NCBI RefSeq assembly: GCF_964204865.1
Contig: NC_135260.1
Location: forward strand, 21,266,001 to 21,330,000
DNA: 64,000 bases
DNA from: Styela clava
Lineage: Eukaryota
Reading direction: 5' to 3'
Shown: positions 1-11,741 of the stretch, in pieces
Position numbering within the stretch: position 1 is the stretch's first letter
Layout: every line of letters starts with the position of its first letter
Made by a program: the position numbers and the translations under genes
The notes under the pieces: model-generated
The model's database searches: none
What the model was told of the DNA's origin: nothing
The model's input: the letters and a program-made list of their open reading frames with translations, nothing else

Positions 1-20
1 TTCTTGGCAATTTCTTTGGC
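1..20 (-). CDS. VCL: vinculin coding exon 15, partial (AKEIAK...)
   Basis: tttcag| acceptor then GCC AAA GAA ATT GCC AAG; truncated by the window edge. Confidence 0.75.
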
Positions 21-3000
21 CTGAAATAGTAAATATACAAAAATATACAATAATTTTGAAAAAATGAGCACAAACTTTGTTATACCTTGGAACAGTATTA
101 AATTAGAAGGGCCATCTATTTGAAAGGAGATTATGGATTAAATTGATGAATATCTTAGCTTTTGGACATTGTGTGTGTATCAGAACCTCATGCCCACCTT
201 CCAATACAGGGTGTGATAAAATGAGTTGGAAATTCTCAAAAATATTTCCATTTTTTTTTATTATTAAATAATGGCTTCTACATTACATACATACAAAATA
301 TCATTGGATGGTTATATAAAAAAAATGCTCGAATCCAAATACAAGGTGCAAATCTTGGAATAAAGCAAATTAATTTCCATCACATATCTTTAATTATGAA
401 ACTATGACTTTGTCTTCTACTTCTAATAATATTCATCATAAAATAAATAGTAAATTAGGGCTGGGCAAATATTCGAATAACGAATCAAAATTAAATCATT
501 CGAATTGCATTTTACTATTTGAATATCCAGAACCACAGAACTCAGGGAAGGCTAAATCGATTACTTGAATTGCTCGAGAATTTACCCACGACTCTTGCTA
601 ACAGACAGTAAACACAAACTTGAGAAACTGTTGATTTTGCGTTATGGTGTTTTTTGCAGTACCAATATTTGTTATTCGACTGTTCGGTATTTGTTAAAAA
701 TATTCGAATTATTCGATCAGAAAAAATATTCGATTCCGCCAATCTCTACTAGTATTGTAATATTCAAATTACCTCTTTTGAGTCGCCTCTTCCAGTTTGA
801 ATCAAATGTTCAAGATCTTTAAGTAATCGATCACATTCCGCAACATTCTTCAACAACGCAAATCTAGCGTTAGGGTCAGAGATTCGGGCTGCTATTCTGC
901 ATGGAAGAATTGAATGAAGACAGTGAGAAAGTACAATGAAAACATATTTTCAAATTTGAGGTTCAAAAGTAAAACTGAAGACAAAACTTACTGTCGAGCA
1001 TCACCAAGAAGAGACTTAGTTCTAGCAAGTCCTCGGCCGCCATCTTTAACTCCAGGATTATCTAACCATCTGGCAATCTGGATGAAACAAGATTATCAAT
1101 TATTAAGATCAAATTTTTTTCGGAAATCTGCTATTTTCATTGATCTTTCACAAACCAAGCAGGAAATTTTGTGTACAAAGGATTGTTTGAAAAATTGCCT
1201 ATCCTTAATTCCACATTTCTTATAATGCTGGATCAGTTCGTGTGTGGCCTGAGACACAAGAAGTATTGAATAAAATCAAGTCATGAGTTCATAGCAATAA
1301 AAAAGCAGAATCGAAGACAGGTAAAAATAAAGACGGACTGGCTATACTTCTGTGAAGCTAAAAAATACTTGTATCGTATAAAATGGGATCAGGCTCTATT
1401 GTGAATATTGCTTCTTTTTATTTATAAATTTTATTCCATTATTGAACTTTTGATCTACTGTGTCATGTTTTTGAGGAATGCTTGGTTGGAGGACTGGTTT
1501 CACATAAGAAAGGACAATTATTTTCATCTACATTTCTCATTTTTTTTTGAAACAAAAAAATTCTTGGGACCTGAAGATTAACCATTGGGCAAGGAGTATA
1601 TCAAGAAACAGGAAAACCTTGTACATTATTGTTTCAGCTGTAACACATATCAGTCGTTTGGATTGATTATACCAGATTATAACCTTCATTGAACACAAAA
1701 TTTTCAATTGTTGGGGTTGTGAAAAAATGGACTTTCTGTGCAACTCATGGCCAAATCGATACCAAATGTTCAGATGGAAGTACAAAAGATGGAAAATGTC
1801 TTTCACTCCAAATATTGCTGTTTTATTTCAGATTCTATGGCATACCTTTATATGATAATTGGTATAGTATAATTTTGCAAACATGGTAGACTGGTAGTGG
1901 CAGGTAGTCTTTTGTGTCCATATTTTTAAGCATTGCTCTTTTGTTAAAGTTAAAATATTTTTAGTTACTCTTATTGTTTGGATATAAAGTAGAAAATATC
2001 ATTTTTCACCTCCTCCATTTTTGAGTCCAATGTAGCAACAGACTTTTTACTTGCGAGAGCTTTTGCGACTTTTGCATTGAGAGCTGTAAGTTTATCAGCA
2101 ATACTTTTTGATAAAGCAACAGCTTCTGGAGTGTCACCCAATCCCCTGTGGAATATAGACTTGCATAAATAAAATTATTCTTATATCAAAATTTTTGAGT
2201 TTGTCCCAACTATATGAAAAATTTATTACTCTAGATAAAATATGCTATGCAACTGGCATGGGATATTTTTCACAAACAAATAGATAATTAGAAGTAGAAA
2301 TATCAAATGTGGGGATCGCATCGCAAGTAAAAATGCATTAAGGTGTAAGTATTTGCAATAAACAATTAAAAAGGGCTTGCATTTGTTAAAGTTTATGTCA
2401 TCATTAATTAGATTTTTTCACTATTGAAAGCCTGGTGCCAACTATTTTAAGTCAAATAGGAAAGGGCAATCTAAGATGAGTAGGCTTGTGAGATCAATCA
2501 ATGTGAGAGAGAATTGTGAACTTCCAAATGTGTCATTGGGACATTCCTTTTTTAAAAAGCACCAGGAATAATAGTAAACAGACAAATTTCTGGTAGAATA
2601 ATTCTATGACATTGTGATTATTTATTTTAAATATCATAACATCAACTATACTAGTTTGTATTTGGTTACTTGGGGAAAAAATAAAAGACTCACAATGTTC
2701 TAAATTCTTCTAGTTTTTGCATCATGTCATCAATTTCATCACACAATTGTATAATATCATCACGATCTTTACAACTACCCAAACCCATGGCTATTTCTCT
2801 ACCAGCTTTGGTGACATTATGCACATGTTCTGCACCTTCTTTCGGTTTGGCAGACAGGTTGGCAAGCCATTCCTATGTATACATACATGATCATTGAAAA
2901 TATACCAAACTTTTACCCAAGGATGACAAAAACCCAAAATTACAAAACAGAATTTAAATCAGAAAATAAAGGAAAGTTAAAGATTACTTTAGTTAAACAG

Positions 3001-6000
3001 TGTTTGCTTGGTTTGTTAATTCTTTTCAAAAATGTTTGAATTTTATTGAAGGCCTTTTTGGTCTTACTGTAAGACTTAATTTGCTATTTTTATATTATTA
3101 AATACAATGAATGTACAGTAATTCATACTTATTCTCTACTGAACACGAATCAACTTGGGAGTACGCAATATTCAGTAGCCTAATGTTTCCCCAAACATAA
3201 TCAAGCGCATTTAAAGAAATATTACCCTGGCTGCAGGCATTGTTTTGACCATTCCAGAATGAGCCATAGCTAATTTATCCATAGCTTCGATCGCATCATC
3301 AACATCTTCCATTAATTGATCAAGTTCACCATTAATTTGTGTTGCTATTTGTTTTGCTTCCGCAGAGTTTCCTTTTCCGCTGTATATGGTTTAAAAATAA
3401 CCTATTGTTACTATCTACAGAGTTTACTTATCAACATTATTTAAAAAACTATTCAAATAGATCTTGAATAAATCCCAGTAAATATGGTAGTTCCGGTTCA
3501 ATAAAATTAAATCAAAATCATGATATTTCATTATGACTCAGTAAAACTACCAATGTTGTAAACCAGGATCTAAAAAATTGCTGCATAGAACAAAAATGTA
3601 CAACTTCTGAATGTCTGTATTACTTCCTCATATATTGTATTGTACAATTTGATTACTTTCTTTCACCAAATAAATTGACATTGTGGGTGCAGTATGGTGG
3701 TTAGAGCATTGAAGGTAACTATGTTGGTGCAGATCTTAAACCCTATCTATACTCATTACCTAACTAATGGTGTAATAAAATAGTGGCTGTTCTCAAGTCA
3801 GTGGTTGCTTCTACAAGTCTTGTTCGGTGTGAAAATATGAAAATGGCTCCTAACAGAAAAGTTGTCTTTCAATGGAAGTACTCGGCATGAATAATTTTGG
3901 AATATACGATGACAATATCCTAAAAGGTTTTTCAATCAATCTATTCCAATTGTTATTAAAATTACATACTTCGCTCTCAGATCTGAAAGTTGATCTGTCA
4001 GTGTACCAAGATGTGCCGTTGTACCCAGTATTTTATCACCCAGAGGTCCACCCGCTTGATTTCCTATTTCTTTTGCACCATCAAGAATCTCACGAAGTGC
4101 GAGTTCTCCAGGCCCTCCTAAAACAGGTAACAATATATAGAATCTTCGAATCAGATGCTGTAGAAAACTTACGATAACTAGAAAAATTATTCCAACTTGA
4201 TTTCACGTAGGAATAGCCAAATCTAAATAACTATTCCAAATACTAAAATTATATTTTCCGAAAACAGAATTTAGAAATGCAAAAAAGTTAAGATAAAGTC
4301 AGAGGTTTCACCATCATTTGATAGGTTGCAAAGTAAGATTTTTCATCATAATTTGAGAATTAAATTGCTTGAAATGATAATTTTTAAAGATAACTATTCT
4401 AAATTATCTATCCTAATGAGATGAACATATTCACTGGTCAGGTCACATTTGACAAACTAAAACAAAGTGTCACAGTCAAAATCACTGATTTGCGATGAGG
4501 ACTACTCTTTTCATACGCATAATCAATTTATTAGGAAACGATAACAAACCTGCTGGTGCATTAGGGTTATTGAGCCAATTTTTAGCCGGTTGCATTTTTC
4601 TTGCCATTTTTTGTTGAGTTTGTTTCAATTGCAAAACGTTGAGGGGATCAGTGTTTGCATCATCTGTGGAAACTAGTTGAAGGAGCCTGGATGTATAAAA
4701 AGAATGTTACAACACCCTTTGTACTATTTTCTCCAACCTTATAAGACAACGTATTAAGTTCAACATCCAAGAAACAAGTTAGCGGACATTTGCCCATCAC
4801 AATCACATCAATAGGTTTGACAGTGGCATACGATAGTCCAATGTGCACACAGAACTCATTTCAAATACATAACAATGGTGGAAATATTTAAATTCATAAT
4901 GTTTTTGTCAAATCAAACAGCTATAATTTTTATTCTGAGTGGCATGGCGGAGGTGACATTTGATGGCCAGAAAGAGAATTGTGTGTAAGATTGATAAGTA
5001 CAGTCATCAATATACAACGAACACTGTGACCAATAAATTAAACTTTGTCCATATCTATTTATGGAAATTGCAAAGCAATGGAAAATAGCATCACAAGTCA
5101 CAATATGTAGACGTCTAACAGGGTATGGATATCTCGCATAATATGTTTATTTAATAACTAATTTTCTTGTCTCAAAATGCAGACTAAACCACGGAATATT
5201 TATTCAAATATTAGTTCATTTCGCTGCTAATTGAAGCCATGTCCATGAATGCTTCCCAAGAAGTCTAGTCTTTAGTTATTGATTTGTTAATTCAGTCACC
5301 TAATTATTTCAGTAATTCTCTCAGATATCTGAGTTGTATAATATTCACGATTTCCTATTGCCGCTTCCTGAGCTTTTCCTGGTTTATCAACAGTCTGAAC
5401 AAATGCTTTTAAACCTAAAAAAAATTGAGATAGTGAGAAGATAGAAGATACTGACGAGATAATGGACTTTAGAATTTTTCTAGTGTTGATATAGTACGAT
5501 TTTTTAAAGAAGCAGTTACCAAAATTTACCATTCCATAATATAACACTATAAATACCTCTGTCCTACTCAAACCTATGTAGCTAGTTGGCAGGTCATCTG
5601 ATCTGCAGATAATGGTCCAACCTAATCTACTTGTAACGACAGTTCATGGGACGGAGACATACCCATCGTAATGTATTGTAAACGCAGAAATATAAATTTA
5701 AATTTTTCATGTTCCCAAGAAACAGAAAGCTATTGCTTTTGGCTTTACCAAAGGAAATCGATGGCCTACAATATGCGCATTTCATGGATTACTCGTATTT
5801 TTAAATATTCTGCTAAAAGCTTCCCGAAAGGGGACCACGAGCCATAAAAGATTAAAAAGTAATATTGTACTAGAAATCAATCCTGGAATGTAAGCTTTGA
5901 CTTGGTCCATTTCTTCTGTCAGAGCAGCTACATGATTTTGATTTGTTAAATCTTTACATCTGTCACCAATCATTCTTGCTAGAGTTGTGGTTCCTGAAAT

Positions 6001-9000
6001 TCAACATATCAGTATGTAAAATGTTTAGCTGTACTGAATGTAAAGATATTTAGAATTTTTCTCCTCCAGATAGACACATCCCAATAAGGTGGTGGTCATG
6101 ATCTGAAGAATAGGCTTATGTGATACCACTCTACTCAGTCGTAGATGGCCTCATGCTAATATAGGGTGTATTGTATTATTCGTATAGTATATATTAGAGA
6201 TGTACCGATACCACTTTTGTCGCCGATACCGATCCGATACCAGCTAAAAACGCCGATACCGATACGCAGATACTACAAAAAGGCCGATATTACCGATACC
6301 GATACTATGTAATTATTACTTAATTAGGTGTGCTGTGTAGGGCAGACGGGTTAAAACAATGGTCTTTGAGCGTTGTTCATGGTACACATTATTTCAGATC
6401 GAAAAAAAAGATATATCACATAATATGAAATTGATGTTTGGTGTTTGCTTCAACTGATTAAGATACATTGTACAGTAACGCTAGTAATCTCGGTGTTCAA
6501 TTGAAACTCATAAGCCGGGATGTCCAATTTGAACTTGATATGAATATCGCGACCTTCGAATATCGTTATTCGAGTTTAAAAGAATATCGAATATCACCCA
6601 CACATTCTAGCGCCGCCGTCCTACGTTCAAATTAAAAGCATTTTACAAATATTTTTTTTCGTGGCTAATCGTAATCGTCGACGCAATAAGTCAAAGCCAA
6701 ATTGAAAGAATATCAATCAGCACCGACAAAAAGAAGGCCTACCTATAACCGTCGAGGATGTTTTTTTACTTTACTATTTTATAATATAAAATATTTTACA
6801 ATTGCTATCATAAATTTTGAATTTAGTTTATCGATGTCGACGGACTAAATGACACTCGTACTTGACGACAAACAGTCAGCATTTATAGCCGTGCCAAAAG
6901 TCCTTGTGCCGTTAATAAGGACCCCAATTCCACTGTATGATTTAAAACTGGGCGCCTAGTTGCTTTTTGTTATGTGCTGTGTTGATATATTTCTTCATAA
7001 TTACTATGTAATATTAAAAATGTCAATATAAAAAATTGACAGCGAAAATAGCCAAATTAGTTGAACTAGTTTGGCTGATAAATAGCTAAAAACATGTGAA
7101 TCCTATTTTTTCGTGGGGGTGGGGACATGTATGTCTCATAGCTCACGATCTCTCCAGACAAAAAATAAATTAAAAAGTAGTATTCCAACTTATCTTTTAA
7201 AACATTCTGGACCATATCAAAAAGATAAATATATCGGGAATATCGGCCTTAATTCAACCGATACCGATACATGGCCGATACCGGAAAAATGGCCGATACC
7301 GGAAAAATGGCCGATATTGCCGATACCGATACATCGGTACATCTCTAGTATATATAGGACTGACAACAACATTTTGAGGAATTAAATGGGAATAAATCAC
7401 AGTGTCATAATCAGCCAACTTCTAACTACTCAATAGATCCTCACTTAATCGGATTATTAAAGCTAAATTAATTAAAAAATTATTAAAGATAACTATAGTA
7501 TATGTTAAGTAAATAGGTATATTTGAAATTACTTTATGGCATTCCTACCTGGAGTAAGAGATTTAACAAAAACTACAAGATCTTCCATTCCTGCCACAAT
7601 TGATGATTGGTTTAAGTAATCTCGAACATTTCGGCAAACTTTACATATTCTTCGAACCTAGAAATAAAAAATGAATGATGAATTAGATTACCTATTAAAA
7701 ACAGTTGGCAATAAAAATATGCATATTAATTCTTGCGCTAATGAGTTTGAATATGAGTCTTCAGTTGAGTTTCATGTGAATATATTGTTCCATAGAAATT
7801 GCTATATCAAGTGCCAACAGTGGAATTGGCAAATGCCAAATAGTTCAAGAATTTTCAAATAATCGAAAAGAAAAGAATATAATTGAAACATTGAAACTCA
7901 TTCTAATGAAAGATTCATAAAAACTAAAACATAAAACATCACAGTGATATTCATATTCTGTTAAAACAAATACCTCTGCTTCATCAAAAACAAGCAACAA
8001 ATCAGATGTTCCTTGTAATATTCCTCTTGATCCAGCTATTAGTTTTTTCCTTCCTTCCATTCCTTCAGGAGTCATTTCAGCAGTTTCTCTTTTTTGATCA
8101 ATAGATAAGAGTTGTGATGCTTGCACAAGCATGTCAGCAGATGTCTCAACCCTGTAATCATGGTTAAAACATGATTTACGTTCAAAATATGTCATTAAAA
8201 ATCTCTGAATATCTAATAAGCTCCTTTGTTTGAAGTAAAATGAAGAGATCATGTATGTTATTGCGAACAGATGCCAATAAATAGTTTTAGATGAATGTTT
8301 ACCTGATCACCATGCAAATATTACTTATTAGTAGAAGGCTGTTTATTGGCATTTTTTATTTTGCATGGTGATCAGGTAAACATTCATCTAAAACTTAGAT
8401 CTCCATCAAATCTAACATTTTCGACTTGCTAATTAAATTTTCAGAAATAAAATTTTAAATTGAGTTTTTTTAGTTTTAGAAGGAAAGAAAAAACCCAATC
8501 CGACTCAAATGCAATTGAAGATTTCGAGAAGTTCATTTATAAAGTTTATGGGCCAGTTTCCGGTTACATAAAATAACCTATTTAGCATGACAGTTGCTTT
8601 CAGTTGTAAAAAGCCTGTTACTTTTCAAGAGCTGGTGGAGTGTCCAGTTTGAGTATTTCATCTTTAGTATCTTTAATTTGGTCTTTTCCCACCTGTAAAG
8701 GAAAAAAGATCTTGTAGCTTTATTGTAGCTTCTAATATTCAGAATGTTAATGATCAGCATAGCATTTTGAATTGGTCGAGGTTGTCAATGACGACCTGTA
8801 TTTCATTCTACTTGCTATGATTATCACTTTTTTTCAATGTTCTGCTATTGTGTTTTGCAGCTATGAACAAATAGCATTTATATACCTATATAAATTATAT
8901 TTATTATAATATATAATTTATTATATAGGGTAACTCATATTATATAAATATTAATTTATTATATAAATTATATTATTTATATGCTATATAAATACATAAT

Positions 9001-11573
9001 ACAATAAAATTGTCAATATCTAATTTCATAATTGGTATTAGTTTGTGGGTTAACATTAGGAAAAAGCTGTGATATGGGACAGTTTGTATTAAAAGTGGCT
9101 TGGTATTATATATCCGCCATACAGCAGTTACGTCAATATTTATCCATATAATTACAGCCACATGAATATATTAAATTGAATAAGCGGAAATATAACGGAC
9201 CAGGCATTAGCGATGCTTAACAGGAAGTAGGTAATCAGGCTTAGCGTGATGATCAATCATGAGTGGAACGTGGAAAAGCGACGTGATTATTTTCTGAATT
9301 CCTTTCCCAGACAACTCCCTTCCAAACATACAATTTAACAACGCAAAACGTACATATTGCTGAGAGATTTACGTCACTCATTTCTCTCGAAAACAATCCG
9401 TATTCCCCATATATGGCAACCGGCCTGTTCTTTTTTGCGCAGAAATGTTATCAGGTGTTGCGTGCTTAAACGATTGAAGTTTAGATTCTCTCGATTTAAA
9501 AACGTTATTCCGTCGTGTACGGGCAAAATGGTTGGACGTTCCCACGTTTGCGCCGCGCATGACCTGATGATTACACTCAAAGATTGAAGACGGCCGGTTG
9601 TGGCCCAAATATTTCTCATCTTTTGCACTCAAATATCTATAGAATTTGATTAATCTCGTTTGACTAATTAATTATCAGTATTACATACTTAATTTGTCAT
9701 GATCAAAATTAAACATCAGATTTATCGGCTATTTTAAAATCGGAAACATGTCTTTTATCACGTCAATTTGGCAAAGTCTAATCTAAGTACCATAATATGT
9801 AAAAGTCTAATCTAAGGCCAAACATAACAAGTAATTTCAAAATGGTGACGTACATTTGAACCCATGTGTATATCAGTGGGTTAAATCCATATGCGGGTTT
9901 TCCTAAAAAACCATGGGTTAGGGTTAATATGGGTTCAAATATCCGCAAAACAAAAAGAATTTCTATAGGTGCAATTGTCATGGGTTCAAATGTACTTGGG
10001 TTGAAATGTACGGGTACCTTTCAAATAGTATAGTTTTCTGCATATTGCTAAACTCCCAAAGTGGAAGTCTAACCTGGACTACCAGACAATTTTTTGAAGA
10101 ACACATTTTATATTTAGGGATAAATTCGTTATTTCAAGTAAAATTTATGAAAATTGCTTATTTCGAAATAAGCAATTTTCAGTCTTTTCATAAATTTTAC
10201 TTGAAATAACGAATTTATCCCTAAATATAAAATGTGTTCCTCAAAAAATTGTCTGGTAGTCCAGGTTAGACTTCCACTTTGGGAGTTTAGCAATATATTT
10301 CGAAATAAGCAATTTTCAGTCTTTTTATAAAATTTACTTGAAATAACGAATTTATCCCTAAACACTAAAGTTTGTTGTAGAATGATGAATATGAATGTTT
10401 GCACCACCTTCACTTAATTATAAATTGGAAAACCAGTAAAGAAGTTGAAAGCAAACAACAACTTTTGCAACAATTTTAATATGAATATAAAACAAGTTGG
10501 AGGCCAATGTTATATATGTTATGTATGACCTTTGCTAATCAACCAATCCTGTCGATTTTTATCATATCATAAATGTCTTTGTCTTAATAAACAACTTTTA
10601 TAATGAAATCAATCCTGATCTTACCTTGACAAGGTTAGACACAGCAGCTTTTACAGTCAGAATTGGATTAATGAGATCAGGCATCTGGTTTCCATCTTTA
10701 CCTTGTTCATGAATTAATACAAGGGTTGAAACCTGGAATGAATAAATCAACTTTTAAACTAGTATCCAGATTGAATGACTCATACAAAAATAAATGTTTT
10801 CAAAAGACGGCCTATGAATAAAGTGTGTATATACTGCATAATACGGGATATGATGTTGAACAATAAATGAATTCATATGACTTCATATTACAGCTGCACA
10901 GAGGATGACAAGAACAAACAAAAATGGGAATTTTCCCTGCCTCTTGTTGCAAAGGTGTGCTATGACTACCTAAAATACAGCAATTAAGAGTACTGTACTG
11001 ACACTATCGACTGACACAGTATGATGTGTATTTTTGGGTAATTTCTACCCAAACATAGATCAATTTACATAGTCACATTCACCCAAAGACTATTTAGTCT
11101 AAAATCATCCTTATTATTTGATTGGGCTTGATCATCCTTATTATTTGATTGGACTTGTCCCACATTGACATGAAACTTCTTTAATTCAGTCATCCATCAA
11201 ATGTCTGTCTTAAAGTGGAAATTTATCTGACCTTAAGTTCAAGTCACTTTCAGGTATAAGATCTTGAACAGAGGACTGTTTTCAAACCTTGTTACTAAAC
11301 TGCTGAAATGAACAGTGGATTATAGTTGTCAAGTAGTGTAAGTCAATAGTATTTTGGTGTGAACACTGAACAGTAAATCTGTGTTTATAGTGAACTACAC
11401 CTATGAATTTTGTTTCGAATTTGTTTTTCGAAAAAATAATAAAACAAGGTGAATTGTCTGTTGTTGAAGTTTCATATTTATTTTAAAAATATAATTCATG
11501 ATCCAAGTATGATTACCTGTTCTGCCACAGGCTCCAAGATCATTTGGATAGTTTTGGTGTGAAACACTGGCAT
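1..11573 (-). CDS. VCL: Vinculin, 5' part: 15 coding exons, about 580 aa, gene continues beyond the window start
   Basis: The spliced translation begins [19 protein letters not shown]|[11 protein letters not shown]...AAVSNLVK|[24 protein letters not shown]...[20 protein letters not shown]|VRRICKVC, collinear with vertebrate vinculin (MPVFHTRTIESILEPVAQQ...). All introns are GT-AG with consistent phases. Three vinculin repeats are present ([31 protein letters not shown]). Confidence 0.97.
456..748. mobile_element. hAT-like MITE in a vinculin intron
   Basis: Imperfect termini TAGGGCTGGGC...GCCAATCTCTA with many subterminal (A)TTCGAAT motifs; the TSD is not clean. Confidence 0.5.
773..896 (-). 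CDS. VCL: vinculin coding exon 14 ([11 protein letters not shown]...GRGDSKE)
   Basis: atgcag| acceptor, |gtaat donor, 124 nt. Confidence 0.9.
992..1077 (-). CDS. VCL: vinculin coding exon 13 ([16 protein letters not shown]...)
   Basis: catccag| acceptor, |gtaagt donor, 86 nt. Confidence 0.9.
2010..2145 (-). CDS. VCL: vinculin coding exon 12 ([13 protein letters not shown]...DSKMEE)
   Basis: ccacag| acceptor, |gtgaa donor, 136 nt. Confidence 0.9.
2694..2872 (-). CDS. VCL: vinculin coding exon 11 ([10 protein letters not shown]...LEEFRT)
   Basis: catag| acceptor, |gtgagt donor, 179 nt. Confidence 0.92.
3226..3379 (-). CDS. VCL: vinculin coding exon 10 ([12 protein letters not shown]...MPAAR)
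   Basis: tacag| acceptor, |gtaat donor, 154 nt. Confidence 0.92.
3970..4117 (-). CDS. VCL: vinculin coding exon 9 ([11 protein letters not shown]...QLSDLRA)
   Basis: Lies inside ORF 3936-4133; ttttag| acceptor, |gtatgt donor, 148 nt. Confidence 0.93.
4550..4686 (-). CDS. VCL: vinculin coding exon 8 (LLQLVSTDD...WLNNPNAPA)
   Basis: catccag| acceptor, |gtttgt donor, 137 nt. Confidence 0.9.
5300..5414 (-). CDS. VCL: vinculin coding exon 7 ([10 protein letters not shown]...ITEIIR)
   Basis: Poly-T ag| acceptor, |gtgact donor, 115 nt. Confidence 0.9.
5871..5993 (-). CDS. VCL: vinculin coding exon 6 ([20 protein letters not shown]...PGLIS)
   Basis: tttcag| acceptor; weak donor |gtacaa but phase and homology fit; 123 nt. 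Confidence 0.88.
6195..7347. mobile_element. Non-autonomous hAT element
   Basis: Perfect 15-bp TIR TAGAGATGTACCGAT/ATCGGTACATCTCTA, perfect 8-bp TSD GTATATAT (6187-6194, 7348-7355), subterminal CCGATA arrays at both ends. Confidence 0.9.
7549..7657 (-). CDS. VCL: vinculin coding exon 5 ([10 protein letters not shown]...VKSLTP)
   Basis: tttctag| acceptor, |gtagg donor, 109 nt. Confidence 0.93.
7974..8151 (-). CDS. VCL: vinculin coding exon 4 ([10 protein letters not shown]...LLLVFDEAE)
   Basis: Lies inside ORF 7845-8252; ttacag| acceptor, |gtattt donor, 178 nt. Confidence 0.94.
8271..8395. repeat. Compound inverted repeat with a 36-bp perfect arm
   Basis: AGTTTTAGATGAATGTTTACCTGATCACCATGCAAA and its exact reverse complement about 40 bp downstream, plus ATGCCAATAAA/TTTATTGGCAT. 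Confidence 0.85.
8622..8692 (-). CDS. VCL: vinculin coding exon 3 ([23 protein letters not shown])
   Basis: tttacag| acceptor, |gtaac donor, 71 nt. Confidence 0.92.
9844..10018. mobile_element. Small MITE with GG...CC termini (Merlin-like?)
   Basis: GGTGACGTACATTTGAACCC / GGGTTGAAATGTACGGGTACC inverted ends; flanks TTTCAAAAT vs TTTCAAAT resemble an imperfect TSD. Confidence 0.45.
10042..10361. repeat. Spacerless palindrome of about 255 bp plus a repeated fragment
   Basis: Arms 10042-10164 and 10165-10296 are reverse complements centred on TTTC|GAAA, with one 9-bp indel; 10295-10361 repeats the centre and part of the right arm. Confidence 0.9.
10625..10732 (-). CDS. VCL: vinculin coding exon 2 ([10 protein letters not shown]...AAVSNLVK)
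   Basis: ttccag| acceptor, |gtaag donor, 108 nt. Confidence 0.93.
11517..11573 (-). CDS. VCL: vinculin coding exon 1 ([19 protein letters not shown])
   Basis: ATG at 11573, donor CAG|gtaatc, 57 nt. Confidence 0.95.
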
Positions 11574-11741
11574 GATGTTTGATTGTTTATTACTGTATTA
11601 ATAAACCTACAGTAAATTAAAGATAACAATTAATTAATATATCAATTAATCAAAAAGTATATGCTCAACAAGAAAATATATGAACAGAAAGAAATAATAA
11701 TTCAATCACAGACATCTGGATATAGGCATGTTTTTCATATA

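Noticed and set aside
3683-3830. tRNA-like / SINE-like start (GCAGTATGGTGGTTAGAGCATTG)
   Set aside because: No cloverleaf or clear B box; at most a decayed SINE, not a tRNA gene.
5210-5265. Minus-strand TSWEAFMDM, resembling human vinculin LTSWDEDAW, as an alternative exon
   Set aside because: It would need an intron of about 35 nt, is out of phase and hits a stop. The exon at 4550-4686 supplies the homologous segment.
10006-10413. Mirror-image ORFs on both strands
   Set aside because: Artefact of the palindrome.
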